Shown: positions 27,901 through 42,161 of the stretch, in pieces
Layout: each line of letters starts with the position of its first letter
Position numbering within the stretch: the first letter of the stretch is position 1
Translations under genes and position numbers: made by a program
Notes under the pieces: generated by a model
Told to the model about the DNA's origin: nothing
Seen by the model: the letters and a program-made list of their open reading frames with translations, nothing else
Databases searched by the model: none
Origin: the human T2T-CHM13v2.0 reference genome, Homo sapiens
Length of the DNA: 64,000 nucleotides
NCBI RefSeq assembly: GCF_009914755.1
Contig: NC_060932.1
Reading direction: 5' to 3' (one strand)

Positions 27901-30644
27901 AAGAGTGAGGGAAAGATGTATTACTCAATACATAGTGTTGAAGCACCTGTTCAGTAATTTTAGGAAAAATGGGTTAGATTCCAGTTTCCTTATCTACACT
28001 AAAAGTATTTTCTGTATATCAAAGATTCATGCACATAAAAAGAAAAAAGGTGGTTTCTTTGAAAGTTTTGAAATGCTGCAGATTTGAAACATAATACAAA
28101 ACTGAAAGTTATAACATAAAGACTAATCTTAAAAAACATTAACAAAATCAAAACATCAACAAATTCATTTTATGACAGAACGGGGCCAATTTTAATATAT
28201 ACAGAGCTCATATAATCAATAAAAAGAGAAGACAAAACACAAGTTGGCAGAAAAAGAAAGTCTTCATAATTTAAAAAATGCAAATAGTTTAAAACATAAA
28301 AAAATTCCCAATACTGCTATGAATTTACACTTGCAAAAAAAAATAATATTTTACCCAGCAGATTAGGAAAAACTTAAAAGCACTGGCAAGTGTGTGTGGA
28401 ACCAAGCATGCTCAAGCATTGTTGAGTGACAATTTGGCAGAATCTACTACAATTATAAATAAATATAGCCCTTAACGCAGTAATTCCACTTCCAGAAATT
28501 TCGTTACATAAACCAATTAACTCACATGTACTTAGATAAGTACACTGCATTATTTTTTAATTATAGAAACAACTTTTAAAATAACCTCTTTGTCCAGCAA
28601 TTGGCAATGGTTAAATAAATTACAAGTTACAAGTTATTAATATCATACAAGTATGAAGTTGTTCTACATGCACTGGTAGAAAAAAATCTCCAAAGTATAT
28701 TGTTATGTTAAAAATATACAGAACATTATATATAATGCATTTTTATGGGAAGGAAGGCAGGGGAAGGAAGAAAGTCTATAAAGAGGGAGGGTGGTAGGAG
28801 GGAGGGGGGGAACTGTGTGTGTCTAGAAAATTTCTGGAAATTAAGTAACAAAAAGAAAATCTTTCTTTAAAAAAAATGACTGAAACCTGCAACTCTTGGG
28901 CAGATGGACGTCCTCAAAGAAAAGGCTCCATGTGTTTCGTTACTCCTAATATGATCCTATAATAAAAGCCTCATTTTTCCTGTTAAACACAAAAGTGAAA
29001 AACGGACTGTTTAATATTCTAAGACTACACTTCCTCTACTTTTCCTAAGATGTAATTCAGATAGACAGCACATGTATCAATGAAAGACTAAAGAAGGTCT
29101 TGTATTCTCTGTTTTTATCCTGCCTATCACCAATATAGCAAAAGCAAATCCATCATATATTTAACATTTATTGAGTCAACTCTTCATGGGCCTTCATTAT
29201 TGTGACTGTTAAAACACTATGATCTAATTTTAATGTAAGTTACTTAAAAGAAATTCAAATTATTATGTGATTATTCAGTCTTCAAGTTTTACATGCTAAT
29301 GGACACAGCCACTGACAGTGTATGCACCTTTTTCCTCATCCACGTAGCTCAAAGAGGGATGGAAATCAGTTAAGACCTCCAGTGAAATACAAGTAAAACT
29401 GTTTTTGCTCTTTTCTAAAAATCATTTGGTGAAGTTGCTGTTCAATAATAGTAATAACTACAACTGAAGTCACTGAACTAGAACAAAGTTATTTTCCTTT
29501 GATATTTTCCCTAAGGTATTCTGATACACACCACCAGAAAAAAACGACGAAGTTTAGAATATTTTTAATGCCAAGGCAAAAGGCATTTATATAAACGTTC
29601 TATTGGTGAATGAAGATAGAAAGCGCTATTTATACCAAAAATACTGTCATATGATGGAGATGATTTTTTAAAATCTCAAAGTCCAAGGTGCTCACCAGTT
29701 GACCATTAATAACTAAGATAAATATGACCCTTGATTATTTGAAGTTAAATATTTCTAATAAAGTAATTGAAGTAAATGTAAGGTAAAGGCACCATACTGT
29801 CATCCAGTATGGGCTAAATGAGTTAAGAAAAAGGACAACTATTGAAATGGATCAGAAAATACCAGTTACATTAGAAACTAAAACCCATGAATAGGGATGA
29901 TGTAATCCACTCATTTTTCAGTGCATATCTAAGGAGCACTCTACTTGCATGGTGGTGTCTGGCTCATGGAACACACTAAAGATGAAGACAGATATACTCT
30001 GGCTCAACACAAAGTTATAATTTACTGTGAAAGACAGCTGTGAATCTATCATTCAAACACCTTGTACAATGGATTATTCGTACAGGCATTCAATTTGTTC
30101 TAATGTACTGAATTCGCCCATATGCCCCCCGGCAAGAAGAGAGAAAAAAAGTTATTTCTGTCCCCTTAAATTTTTCTACTAGCAAGTATAAATTTGGCCT
30201 ACATATTTCTAGACACAGGAAGACCAAAACTCAAAGGCACAAGGAAAAGAAGGAGGTGGATGTGTGTTTTTTTGTGTGTCCATGAGTTAAGTTTTATCAA
30301 TTAATAAGGTATTTAATAATTTTCAACAGTAATTTTAAGGTCCCTTAGTCTTGCATACAGATGCCGCTATCTGCCTTTGAAGTAAGATATTAATAAAATA
30401 CTGTGATTATAATTATATTGGATACTTTAAAAATAAGAATAAGTTATTATAAATGCATAATGTGGGGATTACCTGGTGGGGGTGAAGATGGAGATTTAGA
30501 GACGGCTCACTAATATTTATTCTCGACACCAAAAAAAATGTATATTAGGATGGGGAAGAAATGAAGGAATTAAGCATTTTGATAAAGACTCTACGGTGGA
30601 TTTTGATATATCCAGGAGGTAAAAGGGGAACAGCATACCTGCTA

Positions 30645-31109
30645 GAGCCGAGATCATCAAAGTTTGATCCAGGAACCTCTGAGTGTCCTAAAACTTTCAG
30701 GAATCAAACAATTTTAATAAGATGTTATTTGCCTTTTTACTCTCATTCACTTGCATTTGACAGTTGAGTTTACCAGAGCCTTTGTGATTTATAACATCAG
30801 AAGTGTGAATGCATAAGGAGATAGGAGATATGAGAATCTAGCTATTTTTTGTTAAGCCAGATATTTAAAGTATCTGGAAAGATCTAAAACAATGCCACCT
30901 TTCTTACTATTTTGTTTTGTAAAATTATTTTTTCATAAAAATGTTATTTATGACATGTCATTTTTAATGAATTTCTAAATAAGTATTTAAAAATTCTCTT
31001 AGATTTATCTAATACCATAAATATAGATGGATATAAACCATAATAGAAGATTCTGGGTTTTCATTAATGTTTAGGAGTGGACAGCCATCTTTAATGTGAG
31101 AACCACTGT
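30645..31109 (+). mobile_element. MER119-like hAT-Charlie element
   Basis: taagatgttatttgcctttttactctcattc...gatatgagaatctagc...ttaagccaga...aaaacaatgccac...tgagaaccactg. Confidence 0.7.
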
Positions 31110-32041
31110 ACTAGATCACAGTGAGCAGAAGATGAACTCTGAGCTACAGGGCTAGAGAAAGGGGTGAGGCTGATAATGAGAGGTCTTGCATGCCATGTTA
31201 TAAATAATATAACATGTCAAGACCAGAGATAACGAAGATTTAAAATAGGGTTGCAACCCAAAATAGACATCAGAAATAAAAAGACTTAAGATATACATTA
31301 GAGGAAATGAGGCAATTGATTAGAAGTAGAGAGTAAGGGGCAGAAAACTGGGGATTTGGTGCCCACTCTTAACTTGAACACCCATGTGGTAGGTGATACC
31401 AGCACAGTGGTGGGAAGTAGTGTCAGAGGAAACACTGAGACAGGGCAGATCAGAACATCTGTCATTGTACACAGTAAGATGGATAAGCAGACGATGGGAA
31501 TACAGGCTAGAGCTGAGAAGAGAGATGCCAACTGGAGATAAAAACTGGCAGTTCTCTTCATACGGGTATTTTAAGCCATAGGAATCCAAAGACAGATTCC
31601 AGAGTCAGACATGGCCCAAAGCTAAGCCTTGATCACCCAATCTTTTATAGTTAGACATTTTATTTCTATAGAATAGTGTCATATAGAAGACTGAAACCTA
31701 TTCTTTTCCATCTTAATTTAGGCTACAGCATACATGTAACTACCAGCAGTTATCATTATTAGGTTGGTTACTAAGAACTGGATTATATATTCAATATGCA
31801 ATTTTTAACAGCTCTATTGAGGTATGATTGGTATACAATAAGCAGCACATATTTTAAGTGTACAATTTGATAAGTTTTGACATACACAGACCACCACAGC
31901 CAGGAAAATTAACATATCCATTATCAGCAAAAGTCTTCTCTGGACTCTATAATCCTTCCCTCCCAGCCCTCCTACCCTCCTCCCTCAGTCCCTAGGCAAT
32001 CACTGATCTGCTTTCTGTTGCTAAAGATTAGTGTCCATTTG

Positions 32042-32387
<346 letters not shown>

Positions 32388-33032
32388 TCACACAGTATGT
32401 GCTCTTTTTAATGGGCTTTGTTCACTCAGCCTAATTGTTTTGGCATTCTTTACTATTTTACAATGTATCAATAGTGCATTCCTTTTTATTGCTAAGTAGT
32501 ATTCCATTATATGGATGTATCAGAGTTTTGTGTACTGATGTTGTTGGACATCTGTGCTGTCTCCAGTTTTTGGGGGCAGCTTTTAACATTTCATGCAGTG
32601 TTGCTGTGCTGGAGATAAATCTTTCAGCTTTTGTGTCTCTGAAATATTCTTTATTTTGCCTAAGTATCTGAAATATATTTTCAATATGTACAGAATCTTA
32701 GGTTGAGAGATTTTTTTCCTTTCTGTATTTTCAGGATGCTTCTCCACTATCTTTTCCTTGTATTATTTCTGACAGGCAATCTGCAATTATTTGCTCCTCT
32801 ATATGAAAGGTGTCTATTTTTCTCTGTCTGCTTTTATGATTTTTCTCTTTATCACTCATTTGAGCAATTTGATTATGCTGTGCCTTACTGTAGTTTTCTT
32901 CTTTTTTCTTTGTGCTTGGGATTCATCAACCTTCTTGGATCTGTGAGTTTATGTATTTTCCATCAAATTAAGAAAAGCGTTATTCTTTCTACCTCTCCCT
33001 ACTTAAGAGACTTAAATTACATGTATACATGT

Positions 33033-33394
33033 TGTATTAACCTGTTCTCACACTGCTGATAAAGACATACCCAAGACTGGGCAATTTACAAAATAAAGAG
33101 GTTTAATGGACTCACAGTTCCACATGGCTGGCGAGGCCTCACATTCACGGTGGAAGGCAAGGAGGAGCAAGTCACATCTTACATGGATGGCAGCAGGCAA
33201 AGAGAGAGCTTGTGCAGAGAAACTCCCCCTTACAGAACCATAGAACCATCAGATCTCGTGAGACTTATTCACTATCACAAGACCAGCATAGGAAAGACCC
33301 GTCCCCATGATTTAATTACCTCCTACTGTGTTCCTCCCATACCACGTGAAAATTCAAGATCAGATTTGGGTGGGGACACAGCCAAACCATATCA
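33033..33394 (-). mobile_element. THE1 (MaLR) solo LTR
   Basis: Reverse complement begins TGATATGGTTTGGCTGTGTCCCCACCCAAATC and ends ...TAATACA; perfect 5-bp TSD CATGT (33028-33032 / 33395-33399). Confidence 0.95.
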
Positions 33395-34472
33395 CATGTA
33401 TATTAGGTAACGTGCAGCTGTCCCATATCTCACTGATATTCTGTTCATTGTTAAATTTTCCTTTAGTGTTTCTGTGAATTACTTGTATTTCTGCAACCTA
33501 AAGTTTATTTTGTTCTTCACTAATGTGTAATCTGCTGTTAATTTCAAGTTTATTTTTAATCTCATGTATTGTAATTTTTATCTCTAAAGTTCAATTTCAA
33601 TATATCTTCCATATGTCAACTTTTGGACATAAAGAATATAGTCATAACAAATGTTTTAATATTTTTATCTGCTAATTATAACATCTGTGCTATTTTTGAA
33701 TCAATTTAAATATACAGAATTTTCTCCTAATTAGTGTTTTTCTGCTTTGTCGTATGCCTGACAATTTTTTATTATATGCTAGACATTATGAATTTTACCC
33801 TGTTGGGTGCTGGGTATTTCTGTATTCCAACAAATATCACTGAGCTTTGTTGTGAAATCAGTTAAGTCACAGAACAGTGTGATTCTTTCCAGTCTTCCTT
33901 TTAAGTGTTGTTAAGCTGAATGAAAGCAGTGTTTAGTCCAGAGCTAATTATTTTTCATAACTGAGGCAAGACACTTCTGAGCACTCTCCCCTTTGCCCTA
34001 AGAAGTATGGGGTTATCCAGTCTGGCTGAAGGGAGCTGGCACTATTGCCAGGCCTTCATGAACACTGGGCATGATTCCCTCTAGCTGTTTTGGTTGATTC
34101 TTTCCTTGGCAACCAGTAGTTACTTCACAGGAAGACACAGATCAGTTCTCAACTGCATACTCAAGGGGAACCCTGGGCAGATCTCTGGTGTTTTTGCTCT
34201 TTGCAGTTCTCTTCTCTCCATTATTCTGAATGTGAATCACCTTGGTCTCCTTATACACCCAGCTCCATTCCTTAACTCAGAGTCTGTCCAGCTCAACCTG
34301 AGTTCCACCTTCCTGGTGCTATGGCTGGAAACTCTCTCAAGGCAGCAAGTTGAGATAATCCTAAGGTTCACTGCATTTGTTTCCCATCTCTCAGGGATAA
34401 CTCCTTTATTACCCAAAGTCCAGTGACTTGAATATCACTGTTCAAACATTTTGTCCATTTTTTGGGATGGGA

Positions 34473-36968
34473 TAGGCATACCTCCGTTTATTGCATTTTA
34501 CCTTATTGCACTTCACAGATAATGTATTTTTTACAAAATGAAGGTTTGTGACAACCCTCCATCAAACAAGTCTATCAGTACCATTTTTTCCCAGAGCATG
34601 TGCTCACTTCACATCTCTGTGTCACATTTTGGTAATTCTCACAATATTTCAAGCTTTTTCATTAGATGATATCTGTTATGGTGATCTGTGGTTAGTGTTC
34701 TTTTTCTTTTTTTAACACCTACCAAATTTATTTGACTATGGAATGTTTCTGAGAAATATCTTGTAGCATTAGTTTCTGAAGAACATATTGTGAGATATGC
34801 ACTAAAACAGAGACCCAAAAACTCACCTAAGGTTCCAGGATTTAAAAATACAGATTCCCAAACCTCACTCTATGTGATCACTAATCTCTGATGTTAGTAT
34901 TGTAATTGTTTCAGAGTACCACAAACTCTGCCCATTTAAGATGCCAAACTTAGTAACTAAATGTGTGTGTGTTCTGACTGCTCCACTCACTGGCCATTCC
35001 CCCATCTCTTTCCCTCTCTTTGGGCTTCCCTATTCCTTGAAACACAACAATATTGAAATTAGGCCAGTTAACAATTCTACAACGGCCTATAAATGTTTAA
35101 GTGAAAGGAAGAGTCATACATTTCTCACTTTATATTAAAAGCTAAAAATGATTAAGCTTAGTGAGGAAAGCATGTTGAAAGCCAAGATAGGCCAAGAGCT
35201 AGGCCTCCTTCACTGAACAGTTAGCCAAGTTGTAAATGCAAGGGAAAAGTTTCTGAAAGAAATTAAAAGTGATACTCCAGTGAACACACAAATGATAAGT
35301 GAAATAGCCTTATTACTGTTACAGAACAAGTTTAAGTGGTTTGAATAGACCAAACCAGCCACAACGTTCCCTTAAGCCAAAGCCTAATCCAGAGCAAGGC
35401 CCTCACTCTCTTCAATTCTCTGGAGGCTGAGAGAGGTGAGGAAGCTGCAGAAGAAAAGTTGAAAGCTAGAAGTGGTTGGTTCATGAGGTTTAGGAAAGAA
35501 GCCATGTATGTAACCTAAAAGTGCAAGATGAAGTAGCAGTGCTGATGAAGAAACTGCAGCAAGTTATCCAGAAGATCTAGCTAAAATAATCGATGTAGGT
35601 GGGTACCGTAAACAAAAGATTTCAATATAGACAAAACAGCCTTATATTGGAAGAAGAGGCCATCTAGGACTTTCATAGCTAGAGAGGAAAAGTCAGTGCC
35701 TGGCATCAGAGCTTCAAAGGACAGACTGACTTTCTTGATAGGAGGTAATGCAGCTGGCAACTTTAAGTTGAAGCTAGAGCTCATTTACCACTCCAAAAAC
35801 TCTATGGCCCTTAAGAATTATGCTAAATCTACCCTGCTCTATCAATAGAACAACAAAGCTTGGATGACAGCATATCTTTTTACAGCATGGTTTACTGAGT
35901 ATTTGAAGCCCACTGAGACTTACTGCTCAGGAAAAAGAGATTCCTTTCAAAATATTAATGCTCACTGACAACATATCTGGTCACCCAGAGCTCTGATGGA
36001 GATGTATAAGGAGATTACTGTTTTCTTTATGCCTGCTAGCACATCCATTTTGCAGCCCATGGATCAAAGAGTAATTTCAAGTCTCAAGTCTCATTATATA
36101 AGACATACATTTTGTAAGGCTATAGCTGCCATAGATAGTGATTCCTCTGATAGATCTCAGCAAAGTAACTTTAAAACCTTCTGTAAAAGATTCACCATTC
36201 TAGATGCCACTAAGCATCCTCATGATTCATGGGGGGAGGTAAAAATAACAACAGTAACAGGAGTTTGGAAAAAGTTTATTCCAATCCCTGTCGATGACTC
36301 TGAGGGAATTAGAAGTGGAACCTAAAGATCTGACTGAATTGCTGCAATCTCATTATAAAACTTTAATGAATGAGGAGGCTTCTTACAGATAAGCAAAGAG
36401 TGGTTTCTAGAGATGACATCTACTCCTCGTGAAGAAGCTATGAACACTGTTGAAATGAAAACAAAGGATTTAGAATATTACATAAACGTAGTTGATAAAG
36501 CAGTGGCAGGGTTTGTCAGGATTGACTCTAATTTTGAAAAAAGTTCTACTGTGGGTAAAAATACTATCAAACAGTATTGCATGCTAAGAGAAATCTTTCA
36601 TGAAAGGAATAGTCAATCAATGTGGCAAACTTCACTGTTGTTTCAAGAAGCTGCCACAGCCACCCTCATCTCCAGGGCCATTACCATGATCAGTCAGCAG
36701 TCAGCAGCATCAAGGCAACACCCTCCAGCCACAAAAAGAGGACTTGCCAAAGGCTGAATGGTCCTTTAACAATTAAGTATTTTTAATTAAGGTATGTACA
36801 TGCTTTTTTAGGTATAATGCTATTTCACACTTAATAGAACACAGTACAGTGTAAATATAACTTTTATATGCACTGGGAAACCAAGAAGTTCATGTCACTC
36901 ACTTCTTTGTGAATTTCTCTTTATTGCAGTGAGAAAACCAAACCAGCAATATCTCTGAGGTATGTTTT
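34473..36968 (+). mobile_element. Tigger1, near full length, with degenerate pogo-like transposase
   Basis: TIR remnants (t)aggcatacctc / gaggtatg..., TA at 3' side; transposase fragments (ILQPMDQRVISSLKSHY, DLEYYINVVDKAVAGFVRIDSNFEKSS) with stops and frameshifts. Confidence 0.95.
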
Positions 36969-37929
36969 TACTTCCTTCAGAGGAAGTGAGAAAGTAGCCA
37001 AAGGAATATTTAAATTTTGTAAAAATCAGCTAGATTTTTACCTTTGTTAGTTGGTTTAGAAATAGTCCTTCTTTGATAGGTTAATAAACAAATTATGTGA
37101 GTGCTGAAAGCTACATACAAGAACAATCTTAGGGCCTGAAGATTTTTTTTTACATCTATTGGTCAACCACCATATTGGAGTTTCTATTCTCTCCACAATA
37201 AAGGCAACAACCAGCCAACAGGCCTATTCTCAAACAGTGAGGAGGAACTCAATAACATTTGAGACACCTGATCCATCGCTGGACTGATCTATCTCTGAAA
37301 AATGTCGCTTTATATTAAACTAAATAAATATTTTAAAAACAATAAAATAAATATATTTCCTTTTAGCTTCTACTCAATAGATGCAACACATAAAAATAAC
37401 AAATGCCAGAATTCATAAAACATGCCAGTCAGTAGCTATAGACACACACATTCCTGCCCTGCAGGGCATTGGAACACCTGTCTCTGACAAAGGTTTTTCA
37501 CTACATTTTCTGTATTGTTCAATTCTTTTAATCTTAGAATGTAACCAAATCTTCCTGAATACTTTGAAAATCAGATTTAATGGTAAACTGCAATATAACA
37601 AATAATTGACAAATAAAATACTACAATTTAATATTGTATGTGTTTAAGATTATGCCATACATGGATTACCAATTATCTAATGATTTAGATAACTGTAAAA
37701 CTATACTGAGTATCACATAATCAATCTTAAATCAACCAATCAAATCAACAATCCCTTATTCAGTTTTTAGTCCAGATAAGACTGTCTGCTCAGGATGGGT
37801 TAATATTTTTCCACTATACATATTAGTTACATCATTTTAGTTTGGAATACAAACGATGTTCGTAATGGAACTGGATCAAATTATCCATACTGGGAACCTG
37901 GAAGTTAATTCTCACCTGTATTTATTCGT

Positions 37930-38165
37930 TTGGAAGCCTGGGTACGACAGTCAGCCTGTCTGCTTTGATTTTAGGCTATCCCACTTCAGCACTTCATAGC
38001 AATATAACCTTGGCAAGTTCTTCAAACCCTGTGTTGCAGATCCAACACTGTGTAACAGAAATAGTCATACCAACTCACAAGATTATGATAAGAATTAAAT
38101 GCGTTTATATATGAAACATTTAGAACACTTATTAGGCACATAGCATGTGTTTAACCAATGTTAAT
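37930..38165. mobile_element. MIR
   Basis: aaccttggcaagtt...gattatgataagaattaaatg...ttagaacac...ggcacatag. Confidence 0.65.
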
Positions 38166-41100
38166 TAACATTGTTTTTTATTATAATTAAGATTCAGTGT
38201 TCAAATGGTATTTCCATGTTGCTGGTTATTTGGACCTTTGTTTAATCAGAATGTAATGGCAGAATGTAGGTGTTTCTATGCTCCCAGTCATCAGCGGGAA
38301 TTCAGGGACTGAGACACCATGTTATTCCTACTTATAAAGGAGACTGCTTGGCAGTGTCTGGATGCTGTCATTATAAAATCCACGCTACAGACAGGCAATA
38401 AAGATCACATATCCATTACATAAATGGCCCAAACAAGGCAAAGACTACTTAAGCAATTTGCTTGAGTCACCCATGGAGCAAACAACTTCACTCAGTCCAT
38501 CATACATAGGCAAAACAATGAGTTATATGAGTAGCACTACTGTAATACAAGGAATACCCAAACCTCCAAAAAGGATTTTAGTCATATCTTAGTAGTGCTC
38601 TTGACTTTTCTATGTTTGTTCTCAATTTTATATAAACCATCAAGTATACATTTGTTTCTCTAAGCTATTTGAAACTATTTTACTTTATTAACGATGACAG
38701 AGGGGAGGGGTAAAAATGTGACTTTTCATAATTTTTCCCAACTTCTAAGCCTGGGGTCCTGCAAAGTAACTAAAATATGAAGTCCCTAAGATGCCAACTA
38801 GATGAAGCAAGTAGAGCGTGAGAAAAGGAACTGCAACTGTTGAGAGTAAAGAAGGAATGAATGCACAGACATTAGAACCTAAAATAAAAACAAATTTCTA
38901 ATTATTATAAACAATGAGAAATTACCAACACATGGTAGGAATTCAACTGTGAAAAGTTCCCACGGAAAAATGCCCCCACTGACATCATTCGGGGTCTGAC
39001 TCCATCAGCCGCATGCAGAGGCACATGTCTACATTCCATTGACATCACATCAGGTGCAAGCAATTTAGGGACATGAAATGAAGTTTATAAAAGTATCCAG
39101 CTTACCCTAAAAAATGGCAGTTTATTCCTCCTTAACTTAAACGGGGCTAAAACAAATACTATAAGATTCCGTTTCAGTGAATAGTTTATTTGGGTTTCTT
39201 TGGTCATTTGAATACATCACTCTAAGGACTATCTCTCTTGAGAACATTTATCTGTTCTCAGGGTCCATGACTTACTTCAATAATCCATATCTCACTTAAG
39301 TGACTAGATTAAAAAACTTACAAAAAACTTAGTGATGCTTATGAGAAGCTTATAATATTTTAATTAAATGCTGGCATGCCCTAATGCATTAGCAAGTGCC
39401 TTTGTTATCCCCCAACCTCTACCAGAGGTCAAATAATAATCTGCTCAACTAAAAACATTTCTTAGGCTCCTATTTAAAGAAACCACACTGTTTCACACTT
39501 TTGTGGATCGTTTTTTACATATTTTTAAAAGGAAGAATAGGTAGAAACTGGATTTTAAACTCTGCTTTCATTGAAAAGTATTTATTCAATAAGGACTCAT
39601 GGTAAACATTAGAAATTAAAATCACTTTAGTCTCGTGAGCTTTTAAAATTGGATTTTTGCTACACATAATCTAAAAGGCATTATCAAATTAAATTTATTC
39701 CACCTCTAATCTATAAAACCACAATTATTTCATTAGTTATTTTAGTTAAAACAGGAACACCAAAAACACCTAGTCACTACAATGTATAGTTTTTGACCTA
39801 TTACACACCTAAAAATAAGAGAAATGTAAAGCATTCCTGCATTATAATATTCTTTGTTATACTGCCATGCCCAGAACATTTTTCCCTAAAGTGCTAATTT
39901 CCTTCTTAGTTCATCAAATATGTAATCACTGGTGCCAAGAGGCCCTCAGTAAACCAGGTTACATCTTAAATCGTGAACTGTGTTCATTGATTTCTTCAAA
40001 ATCTACAATTGGCTATGATTCATTTTGCAACATCTGATTGCACCTAGTATCTGTCCTTGATTTTAAACCAAGTTCTTCCAAGCCATTGGAGTCTTTAAGC
40101 AGCTCAATAGCTCCCTCTAGCCTCTTTTTATATACTACACCAAGAGGTCACATTTAATCAAAGGTTAGGGGCTACACTTACTCTCTCGGCTCAGCTTCTG
40201 TCATGTGGCTCATCAAGCTATGCCACTATCCAAAACTAAGGATGCACAATGCCAAACAGTTGTGGTGAAACACCAAGCAAAAAATATCAATTCAGAGTGC
40301 TAAATGACAGGAAACAACAATCAAATATGGTTTCATGAAGAACCTCAAAATCTATAAATAACTTCCCCAAGTAAAAGAAAAATAAGGCAAAAGAAAATGT
40401 GAATGTCCCATATATCATTACTTAGCATTCTGTCCTTTTAGTATGGAATTTTTTATTGTTCACATAAACTACATATTTTATAAAATAAATGCAATCTGAT
40501 TTTTCATATTCAAAATCAAATATGTGGTGAAGAACAAAAAAATCCTCAAAGAACACATGCCCAAATTATTTCCCACAATGGGCAAATGGAGAATACAGTA
40601 TAAGCACTTAATTTCACTACAAAATATGTGTATATTTGTATACATATACAGAGAGACAGATTTAAATTTTGAGACACTCCCTCCCAAAAACTGTTAAAAC
40701 TTAAGATTTTGAACTTATTCCAACTTGCCTTTTTATGATTGAATTACCACTTGTAGATGATATTTGTTTCTCAAAATGGCACTAAATTATATTTTTTAAA
40801 TTAATTTTTAAGGTTTGCTACCTTGGCCAAAACTAGATTTTAAAATTACGTATCATTTGCTGCCAATGTATTTACTACTCAGCAGAAGGCTACGATGATT
40901 TCCAAAATGGAACATCCTTTGGAACTACAGATGATAACACATGTTAGATTTAAGTTACACATTCTGTATTTCCTCATGACATTTATTTCAGAAAAAAAAT
41001 CTGAACTATCTACCTTTGTGATTCAGTAGTTACCAAATTTACAGGGTCAATATTGCATTTCCCATCCCCTTTGGCTACATAAACTAAAGCTTCTAGGCTT

Positions 41101-41901
41101 ACGACTATAAAATTTCAAATTTGGAAATGGCCTTAGTGACAGTTTAGTTCACATCTCATTGTTGCAGATGAGATATCAAATAAGTTACATGTCCAAGTTC
41201 AAAGCCAGGTTAGCAAAAGAACCTGAGTTAAAGCCCACCTCCTTCAACTTCTCCCCCAGTGCTCAATTACACCACATTGCTAGCTATCTTGCCATTCCCA
41301 ATGTTATATGGACACGATATGTTTTTCACTATTTTTTACTATTGTAGAAAACACTTTAATTTCTTTTTCAGTCAATTCTTATCCCTCCCTATACATAATT
41401 TTTGAAAAACTTTTTTGTTGTTGTTCAGAATCTGAGGTATAACAGAGCTGGCTTAAGTTTCTTATTGAATCCTACCCATATTATGAAAAGGAAGCACTTG
41501 GGGTTTGATCCAATTAAAATAAAAAGGCCTACTGAATTATAAAGGCCTATTTATTTTCTATGGCATTAGAAAAGATGAACAGATTTCAGCGAACGTGATG
41601 TTGTAAAAGAAGGTGTGAGCTGAACTTGATATTCTATGATAGTAACAGATGACATGACAAAATGTGAAAATCACATTCTTGAACTAAACTGTCTAAGAAA
41701 AACCTACGGGAAGAAAATGTACTGATGTTAGCTTGGTTGATTTTCAGTACATTATATTTTTAATAAATGGAAAGGTGTTTAAATAAAATCTTCCTATACC
41801 AATTGATATGTCCTAACCTGATAGATGTTTATGTCATTAGATGCTATGGTGCCAATTACTTCCTTATCGACCTTTATTTTCTATTAATAATAATGACATG
41901 T

Positions 41902-42161
<260 letters not shown>

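Noticed and set aside
35100-36757. Domesticated Tigger transposase gene (TIGD-like)
   Set aside because: Multiple stops and frameshifts; longest pieces are ~110 aa.
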